This document shows positions 1 through 8,914 of a stretch of 36,184 nucleotides of DNA, piece after piece. The notes below the pieces were generated by a model. That model saw nothing but the letters and a program-made list of their open reading frames with translations. It searched no databases and was not told the DNA's origin. A program made the position numbers and the translations under genes. Location: positions 1-36,184 of the forward strand of contig JAZNAU010000022.1 of the NCBI GenBank assembly GCA_045586685.1, written 5' to 3'. This DNA is from Clostridia bacterium (GTDB lineage Bacteria > Bacillota > Clostridia > HGM11514). Numbering within the stretch: position 1 is the first letter of the stretch; every line of letters starts with the position of its first letter.

Positions 1-276
1 GAGGAATTTTTATCCTACCTTTCCTCGTTCAAATTCACGGGCGATATATACGCCGTGCCGGAGGGCACTCCCGTTTTCCCGGGCGAGCCTATTATGAAGT
101 CGGAGGCCAAGCGGTCTTAGGAAGACAAAGTGGCCAAACAACTCCTTGGCTCACAGAACGACATGGCTACGATCCGACTTGAGGAATTTTTATCCTACCT
201 TTCCTCGTTCAAATTCACGGGCGATATATACGCCGTGCCGGAGGGCACTCCCGTTTTCCCGGGCGAGCCTATTATG
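1..276 (+). repeat. Exact 96-nt direct repeat (1-96 = 181-276) flanking the adapter; read-through of a short circular library insert
   Basis: GAGGAATTTT...CCTATTATG occurs identically at 1-96 and 181-276, separated only by adapter sequence. Confidence 0.95.
97..180 (+). other. MGI/BGI DNBSEQ library adapter with 10-nt barcode (sequencing artefact)
   Basis: 97-128 AAGTCGGAGGCCAAGCGGTCTTAGGAAGACAA, 129-138 barcode AGTGGCCAAA, 139-180 CAACTCCTTGGCTCACAGAACGACATGGCTACGATCCGACTT. These match the two standard MGI adapter arms as I recall them. Confidence 0.97.
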
Positions 277-1386
277 ACCGTAAGAGCTCCTGCAATCGAG
301 GCGCAGTTTATAGAAACCTACGTACTTCTTTGCTTAAACCATCAATCCCTGATAGCGACCAAGGCAAACAGAATTGTAAGAGCCGCACAGGGAAAAGCGG
401 TGATGGAATTTGGTTCCCGCCGTGCTCAAGGGTCTCACGGTGCGATTATGGGAGCAAGAGCTGCCTATATTGGCGGATGTGTGGGAACTGCTTGTGCAAT
501 CTGTGAACAATATTATAATATTCCTGCTCTTGGCACTATGGCGCATAGCTGGGTGCAAATGTTTGACAGCGAATATGAAGCATTTAAAAAATATGCCGAA
601 GTGTATCCTCAGAGCTGTACTTTGCTGATTGATACGTATAATGTATTAAAATCAGGACTTCCCAATGCTATGCGAGTGTTTAACGAAGTGGTGATTCCGG
701 CAGGATACCGGCCGGGCGGTGTTCGTATTGACAGCGGTGATATTACCTATCTTACCAAAAGGGTAAGAAAAATTCTGGATGAAAACGGATTCGAGGATTG
801 TCCCATTGTGGCGTCCAACTCTCTAGATGAAAAAATTATCGAAACCTTGTTGGCACAGGGAGCAAAAATTGACTCCTTTGGCGTTGGAGAACGGCTCATT
901 ACCTCCCGTTCAGAGCCGGTATTCGGCGGAATTTATAAGCTGGTAGCGGTAGAAGGAGAAGATGGAGAGTATATCCCGAAAATTAAAATTAGTGAAAACG
1001 TTGCTAAAATTACCAATCCCGGCTTTAAAAAGGTATATCGTTTGTTCTCTCGGGAAAATGACAAAGCAATCGCAGATGTAGTGACAGATTTTAGCGAAAC
1101 CATTGACGATACGAAGCCTTATGAAATTTTTGATCCGGAGCATACCTGGAAACGGAAAACAGTGACGAATTTTTACGCAAAGGAATTGCTAAAACCCATT
1201 TTCTTAAAGGGAGAATGTGTGTATGACAGTCCTTCTGTTCAGGAAATTCAGAAATTCTGTAAGGAACAGGTAGGAACCTTGTGGGATGAAGTGCTGCGGT
1301 TTGACAATCCCCATGAGTACTATGTGGATTTATCCCAGAAATTGTGGGATATTCGGGCAGATTTGCTGGCAAAACACGGGAAGTAA
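181..1386 (+). CDS. pncB: Nicotinate phosphoribosyltransferase, 5'-truncated
   Basis: Motifs EFGSRRAQG, GTMAHSW, LIDTY, GVRIDSGD, DSFGVGERLITS, YKLV, KITNPG. The ORF-track N-terminus MAKQLLGSQNDMATIRL is adapter-derived. Confidence 0.93.
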   Translation, partial: EEFLSYLSSFKFTGDIYAVPEGTPVFPGEPIMTVRAPAIEAQFIETYVLLCLNHQSLIATKANRIVRAAQGKAVMEFGSRRAQGSHGAIMGARAAYIGGCVGTACAICEQYYNIPALGTMAHSWVQMFDSEYEAFKKYAEVYPQSCTLLIDTYNVLKSGLPNAMRVFNEVVIPAGYRPGGVRIDSGDITYLTKRVRKILDENGFEDCPIVASNSLDEKIIETLLAQGAKIDSFGVGERLITSRSEPVFGGIYKLVAVEGEDGEYIPKIKISENVAKITNPGFKKVYRLFSRENDKAIADVVTDFSETIDDTKPYEIFDPEHTWKRKTVTNFYAKELLKPIFLKGECVYDSPSVQEIQKFCKEQVGTLWDEVLRFDNPHEYYVDLSQKLWDIRADLLAKHGK

Positions 1387-1394
1387 AGAGGGTT

Positions 1395-2339
1395 TTAAAA
1401 GGAGTCCCAATCTAATGAATGGAACGCATTCTTTGCAACAACAGTTTTGCCGTTTAAATAGTCAAGATTTCCTGCAGGTGTGGTAAAATCAAATTGCAGA
1501 CGATAAGAATACAATGCCTGATAGGTATTCTTTTGCTTGGGGGCACCGTACTTGACATCTCCCAATAAGGGATGGCCGATGGATGCCATGTGGGCACGGA
1601 TTTGATGGGTTCTGCCTGTAATCAATGTAATTTCTGCAAGACTGTAGTTTGCTTTTTCTTCTAAGACACGATATTGGGTGACTGCATTTTTTGCCCCTTC
1701 TCTGGGTGTGGAAAAGACAGTCACTTTGTTTTTATCGCAATCCTTGTACAGGTATCCTTGCAAGGTTCCTTCTTTGGGATTAGGAGTGCCATGCAAAATG
1801 CAAAGATATTGCTTTTGAATTTCTTTGTTCTTTATTTTTTGATTCATCACCCGTAGACCCTCTGCTGTTTTTGCAGCGATTACAAGCCCCCCTGTATTCC
1901 GGTCAATCCGGTTGCAGAGAGCGGGGGTGAAGGAATGTTCTTCCTGGGGGCGGTACTCTCCTTTATGATACAAATAGGCTTTGATGTAGTTCGCAAGGGT
2001 ATGAATCTGTTCGTTGGCATCCTCATGAACCACCAAACCGAAGGGCTTTTCTATCACCAGAATATGGTCATCTTCATATGCAACAGACAGGTCGGGAGAT
2101 AAGGTTTTGTAGGTTTCGTTTTTGAAGGGCTGAAGGAGAAAATCATCTCCTATATATAATTCAACTTTGTCCCCTTCTTTTAGACGGGTAGAAATTTCCG
2201 CACGCTTATGATTGACCTTAATCCGTTTTTTGCGAATATATTTATACATAGCAGAGGATGGCAGAGACGGAAAAGCTTTTTGTAAAAACTTGTCCAGCCG
2301 TTGATCTGCATCGTTTTGATTGATAAAAATGGTTTGCAT
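1395..2339 (-). CDS. RluA-family pseudouridine synthase (RluC/D-like, N-terminal S4 domain)
   Basis: S4-like QRLDKFL...IRKKRIKVN, KPFGLVVH, catalytic NRIDRNTGG, TGRTHQIRAH, GHPLLGDVKYG. Confidence 0.93.
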   Translation of the reverse strand: MQTIFINQNDADQRLDKFLQKAFPSLPSSAMYKYIRKKRIKVNHKRAEISTRLKEGDKVELYIGDDFLLQPFKNETYKTLSPDLSVAYEDDHILVIEKPFGLVVHEDANEQIHTLANYIKAYLYHKGEYRPQEEHSFTPALCNRIDRNTGGLVIAAKTAEGLRVMNQKIKNKEIQKQYLCILHGTPNPKEGTLQGYLYKDCDKNKVTVFSTPREGAKNAVTQYRVLEEKANYSLAEITLITGRTHQIRAHMASIGHPLLGDVKYGAPKQKNTYQALYSYRLQFDFTTPAGNLDYLNGKTVVAKNAFHSLDWDSF

Positions 2340-2426
2340 CAGTCACACTCCTTTTTTTCTATTATACTGCAAAAAAGAAGAAAAGGGAAGAAAAAAGAAT
2401 AAAATAAAAAATTTTTTAAAAAACTC

Positions 2427-2456
2427 TTGACAAAGGAAGAAAACAATGGTATAATG
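2427..2456 (+). promoter_or_regulatory. SigA promoter of rplJL
   Basis: TTGACA (2427-2432), 18-nt spacer, TG-N-TATAAT (2451-2456), AT-rich UP region. Confidence 0.85.
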
Positions 2457-2476
2457 CTAAAGTCGAATATGTTTTT

Positions 2477-2592
2477 CCATAGACAGCAGGAGCTTCGGAA
2501 AGAAGCGTAACCTATAAGATCCTGCCGAGGAAGATGTTCCGAAACAGTGATTGTTAAGGGGTTCTTTGTCTATGGGCAAAGAACCCCTATTT
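2477..2592 (+). ncRNA. L10 leader (ribosomal protein L10/L12 autogenous attenuator)
   Basis: AGACAGCAGG...CCTGCCGAGG core upstream of rplJ. CCATAGACA (2477-2485) is complementary to TGTCTATGG (2567-2575), which lies inside the terminator AGGGGTTCTTTGTC/GGCAAAGAACCCCT (2557-2588). Confidence 0.85.
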
Positions 2593-2719
2593 GATTGATT
2601 ACATCCCGTGATTGCCAACACGGTTTGTGAAGCCGATGAAAGTTCGGCATATAGAATTCCGTTCGCCAAAACGGGATTCCGCTCTTACTATAATCGTCTG
2701 TTAGGAGGTGAACAATCGT

Positions 2720-3250
2720 ATGCCAAATGATAAGGTACTGGAACAAAAGAAAGCACAGGTAGCAGAAATTGCTCAAAAGCTGGAACAGGCTTCTGCCGGT
2801 ATCTTTGTTGATTACAGAGGTTTGACTGTAGAACAGGATACAAAGCTCCGTAATGAACTGAGAGAAGCGGGTGTTGAGTACAAGGTTGTAAAGAACACCT
2901 TGGTAAAATTTGCCGCTGAACAGCAGGGCTTGAATGAATTGGATCCTTTCTTGAGCGGTCCTACTTCCATGGCTTTGAGTTACACTGATCCTGTTGCTCC
3001 TGCGAAGGTCTTATCAAAGTTCGCTAAAGAAAATGAAGTGTTTGAAATTAAAACAGGTTTCGTTGACGGGAAGGTAATCGGCCTCGACGAAATTAAGGCT
3101 TTAGCGGAATTGCCGTCCAGAGAGGTTTTGGTTGCAAAAGCTCTTGGTGGCTTAAATGCTCCGATTTCCGGATTTGCAAATGTGCTTAATGCAAATCTGC
3201 GTGGCCTTGCAATTGTTCTGAATGCAATTGCGGAGCAAAAATCAGCATAA
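2720..3250 (+). CDS. rplJ: 50S ribosomal protein L10
   Basis: VDYRGLTVEQDTKLR, KVVKNTL, LPSREVL. AGGAGGTG RBS precedes ATG 2720. Confidence 0.97.
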   Translation: MPNDKVLEQKKAQVAEIAQKLEQASAGIFVDYRGLTVEQDTKLRNELREAGVEYKVVKNTLVKFAAEQQGLNELDPFLSGPTSMALSYTDPVAPAKVLSKFAKENEVFEIKTGFVDGKVIGLDEIKALAELPSREVLVAKALGGLNAPISGFANVLNANLRGLAIVLNAIAEQKSA

Positions 3251-3278
3251 TGAAATTTGTAAATGGAGGTAACAAAGA

Positions 3279-3662
3279 ATGAGTGAAAAAGTAACTAACT
3301 TAATTGAAGAAGTAAAAAGCTTAACCGTTTTGGAATTGTCTGAACTGGTAAAAGCTCTGGAAGAAGAATTCGGTGTATCTGCTGCTGCTCCTGTAGCTGT
3401 AGCTGCTGCTCCTGCTGCTGGCGGTGCTGCTGGCGGTGCTGCAGAAGAAAAGTCTGAATTTGACGTTGTTCTGAAGGATGCTGGTGCTTCTAAGCTGAAT
3501 GTAATCAAACTGGTTCGTGAAGCTACAGGTCTTGGCCTGAAGGAAGCTAAGGAAGCTGTAGATGGCGCTCCTACCACTCTGAAAGAAGGAATGGCTAAGG
3601 ACGACGCTGAAGCTCTGAAAGCTAAGCTGGAAGAAGCTGGCGCATCTGTAGAACTGAAATAG
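3279..3662 (+). CDS. rplL: 50S ribosomal protein L7/L12
   Basis: [44 protein letters not shown]. Confidence 0.98.
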   Translation: MSEKVTNLIEEVKSLTVLELSELVKALEEEFGVSAAAPVAVAAAPAAGGAAGGAAEEKSEFDVVLKDAGASKLNVIKLVREATGLGLKEAKEAVDGAPTTLKEGMAKDDAEALKAKLEEAGASVELK

Positions 3663-3673
3663 TTTCTGTTCCG

Positions 3674-3708
3674 GAAAGGGATGATTCTAAGGAATCGTTC
3701 CTTTTTTT
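3674..3708 (+). terminator. Intrinsic terminator of rplJL
   Basis: AAAAGGGATGATTC-TAAG-GAATCGTTCCTTTT followed by a T run. Confidence 0.8.
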
Positions 3709-3772
3709 GTTGAAAAAAAGAATAACTTTGGTATATCATTCGTACTATGGTAATAAATTCAAAATTTAGGGA

Positions 3773-3801
3773 TTGAAAAATGGAGCATAATATGTTATAA
3801 T
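3773..3801 (+). promoter_or_regulatory. SigA promoter of LTA synthase gene
   Basis: TTGAAA, 17 nt, TG-N-TATAAT. Confidence 0.65.
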
Positions 3802-3855
3802 GAAAAATGCGAGTTATTTCTTGCTGATTCGACAAATGAACCCAAGGTGAGAAGG

Positions 3856-5940
3856 ATGAACTTGAAAAAAACCTTATTCAACATTATTTTAAAATTAAAA
3901 CAAGTTTGTATACGTCTGGCAGAAACGAAAGCCTCAAAGGCAGTTTTGACTGTTGTTCGTAAAATAAAAGAGCATACTGTCATTCAGGCAATCTTGCTTT
4001 CTGTTGTGATTACATTTTATCTTGAAATGTGCGGACGGCAGGCAATGGGAAATGCTTTTGTTTACTTCATCGGTACATCGCCTTTTATGTTTCTGATGAA
4101 TGTAATGATTGTATTGCTTACCATGTGTATCGCGTTATTTGTACCTAAAAAGACGTTTGCTCTGTCTGTTTCATCCGTTTTTTGGGTGTCTTTAGGTACC
4201 GTTAACCGTATTTTGCTGACCACTCGGACAACGCCTCTTTCTGCGATTGATTTTGAAATTATAAAATCTGCTCTTGATGTAATTCCGGCATATTTAAGTC
4301 CTGTACAAATTGGGATGATTATTGCAGCAGTAGTTGTGGTAATTACCCTTTTGGTATTGTGTTACCGATTTACCAAAAAAAGAAAAAGCAATTTTAAACT
4401 GGCTTGCATTTTTTCTGCCGTGGTAGCAACGATAGTGGTTACCTTTATGGGATTGACGCTGAATACGGAAATTTTTGCCACAGATTTTAGAAATTTACCT
4501 CGTGCATACCGAGATTACGGATTTGCTTATTGCTTTACGGCAAGTATTCTGGAAACGGGGATTCATGAACCCATGGATTATTCTGAAACGGCTGTAGAAG
4601 AGTTACAAACACGTTTGGAGGCACTGGGAGACGGCAAAGGAGAGCAAACACCGGATATCATTGTGGTACAGTTGGAATCCTATTTTGATTTAAATTTGAT
4701 GAAGAATGCAAAATTCACGAAAAATCCCATTCCTGTCTATACAGAATTGATGAAAAACTATTCTACAGGAAAAGTAAAGGTACCTGCTTTGGGGGGCGGT
4801 ACTGCCAATGTGGAATTTGAATTGCTGACGGGAATGAGTCTTGATTTTTTCTCTGCCGGAGAATATCCTTATACCTCTATTTTAAAGGAGTCTACCTGTG
4901 AATCTATGGCATATAATCTGAAAGAACGGGGATATGCGACTCATGCCATTCATAATCATAAGGGAAGTTTTTATGACCGTCATTTGGTCTATGCAAATTT
5001 AGGATTTGATCATTATATTTCTGTGGAAAACATGGAACCTTTGGAATATACTCCCCGTAACTGGGAAAAGGACGGAATATTGGCGGATCAGATTTTGAAA
5101 TGTTTGGATTCTACGGAAGGTCAGGATTTTGTGTTTACCGTAACGGTGCAGGCACACGGAAAATATCCCACCAACCGCCGTTCCTTTATCCGTCATGTAC
5201 GTGCGGAACGAAATGAAAATGAAACCAAGGATGAGAAAAAACGACGTCATCAGATGGAATATTACGCCAACCAGATTTACGAAACAGATTTGTTTATCGG
5301 AGATTTGATTGAGAAGTTGGAAAAGCGGAATAAGCCAACGGTAGTGCTGTTATACGGAGATCATCTCCCCGCACTTGATTTATCAGAGGATGACCTGACG
5401 GATGGAAATTTGTATCAGACTGATTATGTCATCTGGGATAATATAGGTTGGAAAAAAGAAGACAAGTATATGCACTGTTATCAGATGAGTGCGAATCTGA
5501 TGGAACGTCTTGGATTTTCCAACGGTATGATTACCAAGTATCATCAGCTTTGCGAAAATGATAGCTATTATTACGAGAATTTAGGTGTTTTAGAATATGA
5601 TATGCTGTACGGAAAACGGTATATTTACGACCAACAGGAAATTCCTCATCAGCCTACCGACCTGATGTACGGTTTAGAGGAGGTTGTCATTACGGATGTA
5701 GTTTCCGCCGAAGACGGAACGGTGACGGTTTATGGTGAGAATTTTACTACCCACAGCAAAATCTTTATCAACGAAGAAAAACAAAATGAAACCGTGTATT
5801 GGGGCGAACAAACCCTTGTTCTTTCGGGAACATGGCTGGAAGAAAACGATATTATCAGAGTTGGTCAAGCGGCGACAGAGGTAATCGAATTGAACAGTTC
5901 GGAAGAATATCAATATTTGCCTCCTTGGAAACGGCAATAG
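3856..5940 (+). CDS. LTA synthase family (LtaS/sulfatase-like) membrane protein with C-terminal Ig/IPT-like segment
   Basis: About five N-terminal TM helices, PDIIVVQLESY, GGGTANVEFE (catalytic Thr), HGKY, YGDHLP. Start codon uncertain (3847 or 3856). Confidence 0.85.
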   Translation: MNLKKTLFNIILKLKQVCIRLAETKASKAVLTVVRKIKEHTVIQAILLSVVITFYLEMCGRQAMGNAFVYFIGTSPFMFLMNVMIVLLTMCIALFVPKKTFALSVSSVFWVSLGTVNRILLTTRTTPLSAIDFEIIKSALDVIPAYLSPVQIGMIIAAVVVVITLLVLCYRFTKKRKSNFKLACIFSAVVATIVVTFMGLTLNTEIFATDFRNLPRAYRDYGFAYCFTASILETGIHEPMDYSETAVEELQTRLEALGDGKGEQTPDIIVVQLESYFDLNLMKNAKFTKNPIPVYTELMKNYSTGKVKVPALGGGTANVEFELLTGMSLDFFSAGEYPYTSILKESTCESMAYNLKERGYATHAIHNHKGSFYDRHLVYANLGFDHYISVENMEPLEYTPRNWEKDGILADQILKCLDSTEGQDFVFTVTVQAHGKYPTNRRSFIRHVRAERNENETKDEKKRRHQMEYYANQIYETDLFIGDLIEKLEKRNKPTVVLLYGDHLPALDLSEDDLTDGNLYQTDYVIWDNIGWKKEDKYMHCYQMSANLMERLGFSNGMITKYHQLCENDSYYYENLGVLEYDMLYGKRYIYDQQEIPHQPTDLMYGLEEVVITDVVSAEDGTVTVYGENFTTHSKIFINEEKQNETVYWGEQTLVLSGTWLEENDIIRVGQAATEVIELNSSEEYQYLPPWKRQ

Positions 5941-6011
5941 TGGTTTTCCCTAAAACAAGTCGGGGGAAATTGTGCTGTTTCGACAAAGTTTTTTAAATAA
6001 GCGAAATGTCC

Positions 6012-6040
6012 TTTACAAGACGAAAAAAATGTGATATACT
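6012..6040 (+). promoter_or_regulatory. SigA promoter of uracil permease gene
   Basis: TTTACA (6012-6017), 17 nt, TG-N-TATACT (6035-6040). Confidence 0.7.
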
Positions 6041-6064
6041 TTTTTCGGCAGTATGGGGAATAAT

Positions 6065-6096
6065 AACCTTGTCTGTATAGGCAAGGTTTTTCTTTT
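6065..6096 (+). terminator. Leader (attenuator-type) intrinsic terminator upstream of uracil permease
   Basis: AACCTTGTCT-GTAT-AGGCAAGGTT followed by TTTCTTTT, lying between promoter and start codon. Confidence 0.7.
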
Positions 6097-6156
6097 GAAC
6101 ACAAAACAGAATTTCTGTTTTGAATAAAAAACAAAAGAATGGAGAGTGTAAGAAAT

Positions 6157-7575
6157 ATGGCAAAACAACAAGACGCAATTTATGACGCGAAACAGTTGGG
6201 AATCCTCAAAATGTTAATTTTAGGTTTTCAGCACACCTTTGCAATGTTTGGAGCAACAGTGTTAGTTCCTCTTTTGACAGGCTTGAACATTGCAACAACC
6301 TTGCTGATGGCGGGGTTGGGAACTTTATTGTTTCACCTGATTTCAAAGGGTAAAGTTCCTGCGTTTTTGGGCTCTTCCTTTGCATTTTTAGGGGGATACG
6401 CAGCGGTAGCGCCCTTGGATGGGGCAAACGGTATGACCAATGCAGAATTATTGCCTTATGCATGCTTAGGTGTTGCCTGTGCAGGCTTGGTATATCTGGT
6501 TCTGGCAGGGTTAATTAAACTGGTTGGTATTAAAAAAGTAATGCGGTTCTTCCCGCCTGTTGTTACAGGACCCATTATCATTGCTATCGGTTTAGGATTG
6601 GCAGGAAGTGCAGTTTCTAACTGTCAGCAGAACTGGCTGGTTGCTTTTATTGCACTTGCGATTGTAGTAATCTTTAATATTTGGGGCAAGGGTATGGCAA
6701 AAATTATTCCTATTTTGTTGGGGGTTCTTGGCTCTTGCATTATTGCTGCAATTTTGGCACTGGTATGGGGAAAAACCGTTGATGTAAACGGTGTAGAGTA
6801 CATTGCATTGGCAGGAAAAGAAAATATGCTGCTATTCTCTACTGCATCATTGCAAAATTTGATTGATGCTCCTTGGATTGGCTTGCCTGTTCAATGGAAG
6901 GGTACAGTGTTTGGCGGTATTGATTGGAGCAATTCTTCGTTGGTAATCAGCTCCATTGTTGCCATAATGCCTATTGCATTGGCTACCATGATGGAACATA
7001 TCGGGGATATCTCTGCCATTTCTTCTACTGTTGGAAAGAACTATCTGGCTGACCCCGGTCTTCACAGAACTCTGACCGGCGACGGCTTGGCAACCTCTTT
7101 GTCCGCATTGTTTGGTGGTCCTGCTAATACCACATACGGAGAAAACACGGGTGTATTGGCACTGTCTAAAGTGTATGACCCCAAGGTTATCAGAATTGCT
7201 GCAGTGGTTGCAGTTGTTCTGTCCTTCTCTCCCAAATTTGAAGCTTTGGTAGCTTTGATTCCTACAGCAATTATTGGTGGTATTTCCTTTGTACTGTACG
7301 GTATGATTTCTGCAATCGGGGTAAGAAATGTGGTAGAAAATCAAGTGGACTTTACAAAGAGCCGTAACCTGATTGTTGCAGCAATTATTTTGGTATCTGC
7401 GTTAGGGTTGGGAAGTATCAGCTTTGCTATCGGTAGCCTGACCATTACTCTTTCTGCTTTGGCAGTCGCTTCTATTGTAGGTATTGTAATGAATGCTATT
7501 TTGCCCGGAAATGATTATCAGTTTGAAATGGAGCCTGCCGAAGAGGCTCAGACGGGCGTGGATTTTAAAGTTTGA
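6157..7575 (+). CDS. uraA: Uracil/xanthine permease (NCS2/NAT family, UraA/PyrP-like)
   Basis: GFQHTFAMFGATVLVP, FLGSSFAF, EHIGD, NTTYGENTGV signature of UraA-type transporters. Confidence 0.88.
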   Translation: MAKQQDAIYDAKQLGILKMLILGFQHTFAMFGATVLVPLLTGLNIATTLLMAGLGTLLFHLISKGKVPAFLGSSFAFLGGYAAVAPLDGANGMTNAELLPYACLGVACAGLVYLVLAGLIKLVGIKKVMRFFPPVVTGPIIIAIGLGLAGSAVSNCQQNWLVAFIALAIVVIFNIWGKGMAKIIPILLGVLGSCIIAAILALVWGKTVDVNGVEYIALAGKENMLLFSTASLQNLIDAPWIGLPVQWKGTVFGGIDWSNSSLVISSIVAIMPIALATMMEHIGDISAISSTVGKNYLADPGLHRTLTGDGLATSLSALFGGPANTTYGENTGVLALSKVYDPKVIRIAAVVAVVLSFSPKFEALVALIPTAIIGGISFVLYGMISAIGVRNVVENQVDFTKSRNLIVAAIILVSALGLGSISFAIGSLTITLSALAVASIVGIVMNAILPGNDYQFEMEPAEEAQTGVDFKV

Positions 7576-7585
7576 TTTTAATTAT

Positions 7586-7622
7586 AAAAAGGAATCTGTC
7601 TGTATGGTCAGATTCCTTTTTT
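7586..7622 (+). terminator. Intrinsic terminator
   Basis: AAAAAGGAATCTG...CAGATTCCTTTTTT. Confidence 0.8.
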
Positions 7623-7725
7623 GATGAAAAAGGGTATAAAAAGAAAATAGTTGAAATTCACTACAATATATGATATAATTATTTTGTATTACTTTCCAAA
7701 TTAGGAAATGAATAGGAGAAATAAT

Positions 7726-8760
7726 ATGAAGAAAAAGTGGATTTTGCTGATTGTAATCGGCGCAGTTCTGTTCATGTTTTTACTGTTTAAGGGTATTTTT
7801 ATGCTTGCAGAATACAACGATAGCACCTCGGTAAAAAAGCAACAGGTTGTGGTTAACATTGCTGAGGGAAGCACAGTCAGTCAGATTGCCGACGAGCTGA
7901 AAAAAGCAGATGTCATCAATTCTAAATTTGTATTCAAACGTAAGGTGGCGGCATCAGGGTATGAATCATTGCAGTATGGAAAATTTACTTTGGATACGGG
8001 AATGTGTGTAGAGGATGTGGTTCTGATTCTGGCAACCCAGGGAGCTCAAAAGGAAAGTTTTTCCTTTGTAGTTCCGGAAGGATATTCGGTAGAGCAGATT
8101 TGTGCAAAAGCAGTGGAAAATAATATTTGTACAGAAGAAGAATTTTATCAGGTGTTGGATAACGAGCAATTTCCTTATGAGTTTATTAAAGAAATTCCTG
8201 AGGACAGACCTTATATCCACAAATTACAGGGTTTTTTATTCCCCGAAACCTACTCCTTTGATTCAGATACGAATGCTTATATTTTAATTGATACCATGCT
8301 GGCGGAATTTGACAAGCATTATCAGAATTTAAAGGACATTCCTTCGAAACATTCTTTGTATGATTTAATGACCGTTGCGGCACTGGTGGAACGGGAATCC
8401 CGTCTGGATGAAGAACGCCCTACCATTGCAGGAGTAATATACAATCGGATTGAAGAGGAAATGCTATTACAGATTGATGCCTCCGTTGTGTATGCTTGTT
8501 CCAATGGACTTTATGATATGGAGCAGGTGTTGTACGAGGATTTAGAAGTGGATTCACCCTATAATACCTATCAAAATACAGGGATGCCTGCAGGACCCAT
8601 TTGCAACCCCGGAATCGAGTCTATAAAAGCAGCGTTACTTCCTGAGCGGCATGAATATTTCTATTATCATACCAATGAGGAAAAACAGGACGGAAGCCAT
8701 ATTTTTACAAAAACCTTTGAGGAGCATACTTCCACTATGGTTTATGAAGAAACAGAATAA
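7726..8760 (+). CDS. mltG: Endolytic transglycosylase MltG (YceG)
   Basis: N-terminal TM, VPEGYS, LQGFLFPETY, AALVERES, LQIDASV, DSPYNTY, GMPAGPICNPG. Confidence 0.92.
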   Translation: MKKKWILLIVIGAVLFMFLLFKGIFMLAEYNDSTSVKKQQVVVNIAEGSTVSQIADELKKADVINSKFVFKRKVAASGYESLQYGKFTLDTGMCVEDVVLILATQGAQKESFSFVVPEGYSVEQICAKAVENNICTEEEFYQVLDNEQFPYEFIKEIPEDRPYIHKLQGFLFPETYSFDSDTNAYILIDTMLAEFDKHYQNLKDIPSKHSLYDLMTVAALVERESRLDEERPTIAGVIYNRIEEEMLLQIDASVVYACSNGLYDMEQVLYEDLEVDSPYNTYQNTGMPAGPICNPGIESIKAALLPERHEYFYYHTNEEKQDGSHIFTKTFEEHTSTMVYEETE

Positions 8761-8764
8761 AAAA

Positions 8765-8800
8765 CAAGGACGGCGCTCGGTCCGTCCTTGATTCTTTATT
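8765..8800 (+). terminator. Intrinsic terminator
   Basis: CAAGGACGG-loop-CCGTCCTTG followed by a T-rich tract. Confidence 0.75.
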
Positions 8801-8847
8801 TCTTTTGGTTTTAGAAATTTTTAAATGGACGGTTTTTTAGAATACTA

Positions 8848-8876
8848 TTGACAAAATCAGAAGAACAAGGTAAACT
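8848..8876 (+). promoter_or_regulatory. SigA promoter
   Basis: TTGACA, 17 nt, TAAACT. Confidence 0.65.
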
Positions 8877-8914
8877 AATACTATCAATGAATTAGCAACA
8901 AGGAGTGAATAAAC

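Noticed and set aside
130-180. Novel N-terminal extension of PncB (MAKQLLGSQNDMATIRL)
   Set aside because: It is translated barcode and adapter sequence.
1-276. Repeat-spacer-repeat pattern suggesting CRISPR, an att site or gene duplication
   Set aside because: The repeat is pncB coding sequence and the spacer is a sequencing adapter; no cas or integrase genes are present.
3380-3445. GCT/GGC trinucleotide-like repeats
   Set aside because: They encode the normal Ala/Gly hinge of L7/L12.
3242-3835. 197-aa antisense ORF over rplL, and similar shadows over tsf (10734-11420), uraA (6847-7344) and metH
   Set aside because: Antisense frames stay open because of biased codon usage in the real genes; no RBS or recognisable domains.
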